Source: Armatimonadia bacterium
GTDB taxonomy: Bacteria > Armatimonadota > Zipacnadia > Zipacnadales > UBA11051
Assembly (NCBI GenBank): GCA_039683575.1
Contig: JBDKRC010000222.1
Span: 1-12,201 of the forward strand
Direction: 5' to 3'
Length of the DNA: 12,201 bases
The position numbers were made by a program, and so were the translations under genes. Positions 7,161 through 12,201 of the stretch are shown here, one piece after another (the stretch's first letter is position 1; the number at the start of each line of letters is the position of its first letter). The notes under the pieces are model-generated. The model was not told the DNA's origin, made no database searches, and saw only the letters and a program-made list of their open reading frames with translations.

Positions 7161-9527
7161 TTACTTGCCAGCCGGAACGGCATCCGCCGCTTGCGGCTTC
7201 CCCTCCGGCACCGGCCACAGGAATACGGTCTCGTCCTCGCTCCCCGAGGCCAGCAGCTTGCCGTCAGGGCTAAAGGCCACGGATAAGACCTCCTGGGTGT
7301 GCCCCTCCAGCGTCGCCTCCAGCTTCCCCTCCGGCAGTGACCACAGCTTCACGGTCTTGTCAATGCTCCCCGAGGCGAGCAGCTTGCCGTCAGGGCTGAA
7401 GGCCACGGAGGTGACCGAGTCGAGCCCCTCCAGCGTCGCCTGCAGCTTCCCCTCCGGCAGCGACCACAGCCTCACGGTAGCGCCAGCGCCCGAGGCCAGC
7501 AACTTGCCGTCAGGGCTGAAGGCAACGGAATCGACCCCGCAATCGTGTCCCTCCAGCGTCGCCTGCAGCTTCCCCTCCGGCAGCGACCACAGCTTCACGG
7601 TATTGTCAGCGCCCTCAAAGCGCCCGCTCCCCGAGGCCAGCAGCTTGCCGTCAGGGCTGAAGGCCACGGACCTGATCGACTCGGTGTGTCCTTCCAGCGT
7701 CGCCTGCAGCTTCCCCTCCGGCAGTGACCACAGCTTCACGGTATTGTCCCAACTCCCTGAGGCCAGCAGCTTGCCGTCAGGGCTGAAGGCCACGGAGGTG
7801 ACAACGTAGGTGTGCCCCTCCAGCGTCGCCTGCAGCTTCCCCTCCGGCATCGACCACAGCTTCACGGTATTGTCAGCGCCCTCAAAGCGCCCGCTCCCCG
7901 AGGCCAGCAGCTTGCCGTCAGGGCTGAAGGCTACGGAATTGACCTTGTCGGTGTGCCCCTCCAGCGTCGCCTGCAGCTTCTCCTCCGGCAGCGACCACAG
8001 CTTCACGGAAGCGTCCTTGCTCCCCGAGGCCAGCAGCTTGCCGTCAGGGCTGAAGGCCACGGAACTGACCCAGTTGGTGTGCCCCTTCAGCGTCGAGGGC
8101 GCGAGCAACAGCGCGTTGCGGGCTTCCACGCACAACACAGGGTCGCTTTTTGTCAGCAGTTCGACGGCTCGCGCATACGATGCCCTCGCCTCCTTACCTC
8201 TGCCCAGTTTCTCAAGACCCCGTCCTCTCAGCAGGTAGGCTTCACCAAGGGGGTATTCTGCAAGAGCGGCATCAATGGCGACAAGCGCCTGCGCCGCATC
8301 CCCGCCCGAGGTGGCAACAACGCGATGCCCATCGGGGTCGGTGATCACGCCTTTGCCATGGACACACCGGTAGCCGGCGGGTGTCACGTCGAACACCAAC
8401 AGATCATCATCATTGGGGTCGCGCTCGAACGTGTAGCCACGAAGCACGACCCTCGGGGTCAGGAGACAGTGCTGGCTACCAACTGACCATAGGATGGGGC
8501 GACCATCTGCCATGGCCATGAAGCCATAGAGGGGAAGGGCAGTGACGCGAATCTGACCATCGTCCGTCTGTTCCAAGATCACTTTCGAAACTCCGCCAGT
8601 CTCCGTAGGCAGAAGGGCCCTCACGACCGTAGGAATTGCCGCGCTTGCTTTCTCCAGGAGGCTCTTCGCCTTCGCAACGGGCGAAGGCACGCCCAAAATC
8701 TCCGAGGCGCTCTCGGATACCGCAGGGTCGGGGTCCTTCAGGGCCACCGTCAAGGCGTTGACAGCCGCTGGCCCGTACGATGCCAGAGCGGTTTTCGCCG
8801 CCGCGCGTACTCCTTGGTCCGCGTCCTTGAGGGCGGCAATGAGCGGCTCGACTGCACGGGGGTCCTTCAACGCGCCCAGCAGTTCGACGGCGTCCCGGCG
8901 GGTCCCGGCGTCCGTGTCTCGCAGCGCGACCACGAGCGCATCCACCGCCCCCGACCCGTGCGCAGCCACCGCGGTCTTCGCTGCCGCGCTCACTCCCTGG
9001 TTGGCGTCCCTGGAAGCGGCGATAAGGGGTTCCACCGCGCGGGCGTCCTTGAGGGTTCCCAACACCTCCGCCGCGCCCCCGCGTACCGCGGGCGCAGGGT
9101 CTTTCAGTGCGGCAACCAGAGCGGGGACAGCCTCCGCCCCATAGGAAGTCAATACCGCCTTCGTTGCGGTGCAAACGGTTTGGTTCGCGTCGTTGAAGGC
9201 AGCGATGAGCGGTTCCGTCGCCCGAAGGTCCTTGATTGCTCCGAGGGCCTGCACTGCAGTCTCGCGAACTCCGGGGTCGGCGTCTCCCAGCGCAGTGATG
9301 AGTGGTGCCACAGCGCTCTTGTCAGGATGCGTCGTCACCCACACACAGGCGCTCTTTCTGGTTGCGGCGCTGGGCGATTTCAGCGCGCGCAGTGCCCACC
9401 CCAAGTCAGGCCCCGCCGCACAGACCTGTGTTGCTCCCCAGGCGGTTGCTGACCAAATGAGCACGACCAACAGCCACCTCGACCAGTTGCTCCTGTTACC
9501 TTCACAGCACACCCGTTTCGTCATCAT
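7161..9527 (-). CDS. Probably exported repeat protein: signal peptide, HEAT (PBS-lyase-like) repeats, unknown beta-rich domain, TPR, 7-bladed WD40 propeller
   Basis: N-terminus with a hydrophobic core (WLLVVLIWSATAWG); HEAT units such as AVEPLIAALKDADQGVR; TPR EAYLLRGRGLEKLGRGKEARASYARAVEL; seven TLEGHxxxVxSVAFSPDGKLLASGSxDxTVKLW repeats. RBS-like AGGAAGGG upstream; start is ATG 9527 or 9524. Confidence 0.9.
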   Translation of the reverse strand: MMTKRVCCEGNRSNWSRWLLVVLIWSATAWGATQVCAAGPDLGWALRALKSPSAATRKSACVWVTTHPDKSAVAPLITALGDADPGVRETAVQALGAIKDLRATEPLIAAFNDANQTVCTATKAVLTSYGAEAVPALVAALKDPAPAVRGGAAEVLGTLKDARAVEPLIAASRDANQGVSAAAKTAVAAHGSGAVDALVVALRDTDAGTRRDAVELLGALKDPRAVEPLIAALKDADQGVRAAAKTALASYGPAAVNALTVALKDPDPAVSESASEILGVPSPVAKAKSLLEKASAAIPTVVRALLPTETGGVSKVILEQTDDGQIRVTALPLYGFMAMADGRPILWSVGSQHCLLTPRVVLRGYTFERDPNDDDLLVFDVTPAGYRCVHGKGVITDPDGHRVVATSGGDAAQALVAIDAALAEYPLGEAYLLRGRGLEKLGRGKEARASYARAVELLTKSDPVLCVEARNALLLAPSTLKGHTNWVSSVAFSPDGKLLASGSKDASVKLWSLPEEKLQATLEGHTDKVNSVAFSPDGKLLASGSGRFEGADNTVKLWSMPEGKLQATLEGHTYVVTSVAFSPDGKLLASGSWDNTVKLWSLPEGKLQATLEGHTESIRSVAFSPDGKLLASGSGRFEGADNTVKLWSLPEGKLQATLEGHDCGVDSVAFSPDGKLLASGAGATVRLWSLPEGKLQATLEGLDSVTSVAFSPDGKLLASGSIDKTVKLWSLPEGKLEATLEGHTQEVLSVAFSPDGKLLASGSEDETVFLWPVPEGKPQAADAVPAGK
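7191..8093 (-). repeat. Seven near-identical tandem WD40-coding DNA repeats
   Basis: Core TTGCCGTCAGGGCT starts at 7258, 7384, 7504, 7645, 7771, 7912 and 8038; spacings 126, 120, 141, 126, 141, 126 bp, all multiples of 3. Confidence 0.95.
8688..9314 (-). repeat. HEAT-repeat array built from a 61-aa (183-bp) two-repeat unit, about 3.5 copies
   Basis: KDLRATEPLIAA, KDARAVEPLIAA and KDPRAVEPLIAA start at residues 99, 160 and 221. Confidence 0.85.
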
Positions 9528-9547
9528 TCCCTTCCTGTTTCAGCAAA

Positions 9548-9556
9548 ATGTTATCA
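9548..9556 (-). promoter_or_regulatory. Possible extended -10 promoter for the HEAT/TPR/WD40 gene
   Basis: Minus strand TG-A-TAACAT in an AT-rich 59-bp intergenic gap about 20 nt upstream of the start; no good -35. Confidence 0.3.
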
Positions 9557-9586
9557 TTACGCGAGTGTTGCCGTCTGGTTCTCCAG

Positions 9587-11974
9587 CTACAGTGGCTTCA
9601 CCTTCGCCGCCAGATCCGCCGCGAAGGCCGGTAGCGGGATCGTCAGCCGTCCCTGCTGGGCAGTGGCGGTCGTCTGACTGAGGACTTTGCCGCTGATGGT
9701 GTCCCAGAATTCCACCTGGTACTGTCCGTCGGCCATGTCATTGAGATAGACGGTCGCGTTGTTCACGCGGCGCTCCGCCGGTATATCCTCGGGCTTGGGT
9801 ACCGCGAGGTTGTCGAAGTGGTAGGCATAGAAGAACGCCCGCTTGCCGTTGCCCATCGCCTGCACATTGAGGGTCGGGCCTCGGTCGCCATTGCCGCGCG
9901 GGCCGCCATTGCGCGCCATCTGCGGGATGTTGGGGTCCATGATGAAGGCCCGCATGAGTTGGTAATTCTGGCCGCGCCGGTCTTCACCGGCATTGAACGC
10001 CAGCAGGCCCTTCTGATACTCCCACAGCCGATTCTGCATCCAGGCGTCGTGATACCAGAACTGCCCCGGAGCTGCTGCGGGCATCATGTCTGAGGCCCAC
10101 AGCCCCACCCGGAACTCCTGCTGCCATTTCTCGTAGCTGATCGGCAGCGACACCGTCTGCGGACCGTACTCGATGAACATGAAGGGCTTGTTGTGCTGCT
10201 TGCGGGCGTTGTAGCCCTCCAGCATGCCGATGTCGCGCCGCTTCCAGTATGCGTCGGCCTGCACGTAGTCGATCTCCGGCAACTGGAACAGCTCATCGCC
10301 ATAGCCATACAGGCAGATGTGAGTGACCACGAGGTGCTTGTTGGGGTCGAGGCTCTTGAGATACGCTGCCATCTCCTTGTGCCACGCCGCCACGGTGTCG
10401 CGTTGGTACCCTTCAGTCAGGTCCACCTCGTTTACCATGTCCCAGGACATGAGATTCTGGCTGTAGCCCCACCGGGCTACAATATAGCGGTAGCGCTGCT
10501 TGACCATTTCCTTGGCGGTCGTGCTGGAAAAGAACATGGCCGGAGATGCCACGAAGCCGCCGTTATGGGTAGAGTAGGGATTGTACATCCACTCGGCGTC
10601 GAACTTGTCGCGGCGGAACTGCCCGTGGCTGTTGAGCGTAAGCTCCAGCAGCAGGTTCTGCTTCTCGGCGAGGTCGAAGGCGTAGTCGAGCCGCCAGGCG
10701 TTGTACTGGGCATAGCGGCCGACCCCGTCGTAGCGGGAGTGGTACTTGTCGCTCCATTCGATGCCGCCCCACCAGGCCGCCATCCACGTCCGCACGAAGT
10801 TCAGCCCCTCATCGTGGAAGCGCTTGAAGTAGTTGTCGAACTCGAAGGTGCCCTTCTGCGCCGCGGCCTGGTCGCCGCCGTCGCGCATGTTGACGCCCGT
10901 GGGGAAGTAGAACTCGCCGTTGTCGAACTCGAAGAAGCGCGGATCGGTCTTGCTGATGCGGACGAAGCCGCGGGGATCAGCGGGGGCGGTGGCCACGAAT
11001 GACTGCACGTCCGAGCGGGTCTCGCCGAGGGCATCCCGCACCGATACATAGTAGGTGTACTTCCCCTGCTTGCGCGGCGAGAAGCGCACCTTCCAGAAAG
11101 TATGGCCGACCGGGATGAGCTGCTCGTTGCCCTCTTTGGTCTGCTGGCGCTCGTAGGACTGGTAGATGAAGCCGGCAATACTGACCTTCTCGCCGTCGGG
11201 CGCGGTAAAGTGCCCTTGCACATCCACTACCTGCGGGTCATAGGGGTTGTCATAGTCCCGGCCGGGGTTGAAGCTGAGTTCCAGCTTGCGGTACTGCGGC
11301 ACCTGCGCCGCGTTCGCGGTGACCTTCAGCTTCGTCGCGAGCGGCTTCGGCTGGCCGGCGGCGTACTTGCCCAGCGGCAGGCAGTTGCCGGTGAGTTGCA
11401 TGTTGTCGAGGTAGACGGTGCCGTTCCACTTGCTGCGGGAGAAGAAGCGCACCCCGAACTCCCGGGGGTAGTACAGGGACCGCTCCCAGGCCTTGCGGTG
11501 GCCGCCTGGCTTCCAGGCGGTGGAGGTGGGGGAGACGTCCAGCGAGACCTTGAGCCACTGCCCGGGCTTGAAGCTCGTCAGCACCTTGCCGGTCGTCGGC
11601 GACCGGAACGGGGAGGCCTGGTACCACAGGTACTGCTTGTCCTTCAGGTAGACCCAGACGTCGAATTCCTTGGGCACGCCCTTGGGGACGTACAGGTCGA
11701 AGGTGAGCTTCTCGAACCCGGTCCAGTCATCCCAGGGGTAGTAGGTGGCCCCGAAGCCCGCCGGGAGCGATCCGGTAACCGCCAGCGAGGACTTGCCACT
11801 GGTGGCGCGGTCGGTGCTCGGGCAGAGCTTCTGGGTGCCCTTGTCCAGCGGCGAGGCGACCCAGTCCTCGTCGGGGCTTTCGAAATCCCACTTCAGAGCT
11901 TCGCGGGCATGCACAGCCGCGCATAGCGAGAGTACAAAACATATTGCTAACAGGGGGCGGATGCTGATGCTCAA
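9587..11974 (-). CDS. Secreted multidomain glycoside hydrolase: CBM-like domain, DUF5060, clan GH-A (GH5-like) barrel, C-terminal beta-sandwich
   Basis: Start re-assigned to TTG 11974 (GAGGG upstream), giving signal peptide MSISIRPLLAICFVLSLCAAVHA. CBM-like WDFE...DDWTGFEKLTFDLYVP...VYLDNM; DUF5060-like NPYDPQVVDVQGHFTAPDG...WKVRFSP; RYIVARWGYS; acid/base WDMVNE (Glu 10427-10429); nucleophile FIEYG (Glu 10169-10171). Confidence 0.88.
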   Translation of the reverse strand: MSISIRPLLAICFVLSLCAAVHAREALKWDFESPDEDWVASPLDKGTQKLCPSTDRATSGKSSLAVTGSLPAGFGATYYPWDDWTGFEKLTFDLYVPKGVPKEFDVWVYLKDKQYLWYQASPFRSPTTGKVLTSFKPGQWLKVSLDVSPTSTAWKPGGHRKAWERSLYYPREFGVRFFSRSKWNGTVYLDNMQLTGNCLPLGKYAAGQPKPLATKLKVTANAAQVPQYRKLELSFNPGRDYDNPYDPQVVDVQGHFTAPDGEKVSIAGFIYQSYERQQTKEGNEQLIPVGHTFWKVRFSPRKQGKYTYYVSVRDALGETRSDVQSFVATAPADPRGFVRISKTDPRFFEFDNGEFYFPTGVNMRDGGDQAAAQKGTFEFDNYFKRFHDEGLNFVRTWMAAWWGGIEWSDKYHSRYDGVGRYAQYNAWRLDYAFDLAEKQNLLLELTLNSHGQFRRDKFDAEWMYNPYSTHNGGFVASPAMFFSSTTAKEMVKQRYRYIVARWGYSQNLMSWDMVNEVDLTEGYQRDTVAAWHKEMAAYLKSLDPNKHLVVTHICLYGYGDELFQLPEIDYVQADAYWKRRDIGMLEGYNARKQHNKPFMFIEYGPQTVSLPISYEKWQQEFRVGLWASDMMPAAAPGQFWYHDAWMQNRLWEYQKGLLAFNAGEDRRGQNYQLMRAFIMDPNIPQMARNGGPRGNGDRGPTLNVQAMGNGKRAFFYAYHFDNLAVPKPEDIPAERRVNNATVYLNDMADGQYQVEFWDTISGKVLSQTTATAQQGRLTIPLPAFAADLAAKVKPL

Positions 11975-12077
11975 AATCGATCCCTCTGGGCTGATCTCAG
12001 TCGGCTTTGACGTCACGCTGTTCCGCGCGCAGGGGCCTTCTACCTGCGCATCGTCACCGCGCACCTGAGCTTGACGG

Positions 12078-12201
12078 TGTCAACGCAAAGTAGAAATGTC
12101 CCTCTATCTGCCAGCTAGAAATGTCCCTTTGTAGGACTTGCGCCAGGGGTGGTCGGAGGCGGGTTGGTGGCCTGTCGGCTTGTGCGCCCTTGGTTGGGAG
12201 G
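12078..12201 (-). mobile_element. Right (3') end of an ISNCY/IS1202-type insertion sequence, continuing beyond the window
   Basis: Terminus TGT at 12078; two exact copies of TAGAAATGTCCCT at 12091-12103 and 12116-12128 (25-bp period), resembling repeated transposase-binding sites; overlaps an ORF tail with the HPWR motif. Confidence 0.78.
12104..12201 (-). CDS. C-terminus of an ISNCY/IS1202-type DDE transposase (partial)
   Basis: Hand translation of 12199-12104: SQPRAHKPTGHQPASDHPWRKSYKGTFLAGR*. PxxDHPWR is the C-terminal motif I recognise from this transposase group; the stop lies inside the terminal repeat region. Only 31 residues are visible. Confidence 0.72.
   Translation of the reverse strand, partial: SQPRAHKPTGHQPASDHPWRKSYKGTFLAGR

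Noticed and set aside
7191..8093. Constant-plus-variable repeat pattern as a CRISPR array or DGR target
   Set aside because: Units are 120-141 bp, in frame and protein-coding; variable parts are only a few codons and include indels; no cas gene, reverse transcriptase or non-coding template repeat in the window.
7138..8486. Long repetitive + strand ORFs (7138-7809, 7810-8238, 7812-8486)
   Set aside because: Antisense shadows of the WD40 repeats in high-GC DNA; no recognisable protein family.
10193..11926. Long + strand ORFs 10193-11002 and 11102-11926
   Set aside because: Antisense mirrors of the GC3-rich glycoside hydrolase gene.
11975..12064. ORF-track GTG start at 12064 (and similarly 1210, 1355, 3479)
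   Set aside because: Downstream starts have better RBS placement or give more typical N-termini; the extensions look non-coding.
12040..12083. Hybrid promoter from the IS outward TTGACA, or a XerCD (dif-like) target beside the IS
   Set aside because: The hexamer 17 nt downstream is GCGGTG, not a -10. GGTGCGC resembles part of a XerC arm, but there is no XerD arm or AT-rich spacer.

Overview
High-GC bacterial chromosomal window, mostly ordinary. Left to right: (-) an MgtC/SapB-family gene coupled by an ATGA overlap to a YpiP/RsmJ-like SAM methyltransferase that runs off the left edge and is missing from the ORF track; (+) a MoxR AAA+ ATPase / DUF58 / membrane transglutaminase-like operon ending at a bidirectional terminator; (-) a pyrophosphate-type 6-phosphofructokinase whose predicted promoter sits inside a perfect 15-bp inverted repeat; (-) a probably exported HEAT-repeat / unknown beta-domain / TPR / 7xWD40 protein; (-) a secreted CBM-like / DUF5060 / clan GH-A glycoside hydrolase; and at the right edge the 3' end of an ISNCY/IS1202-type insertion sequence (HPWR transposase tail plus a TGT terminus with repeated binding motifs), also missing from the ORF track. 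Two REP-like hairpins lie in intergenic DNA. The best candidate for an undescribed system is the WD40 protein: its repeats are nearly identical at DNA level except at a few hypervariable surface positions, like fungal HET-E-type receptors, but it has a signal peptide and no NTPase domain. The sequence pattern is directly visible; the function is inference.
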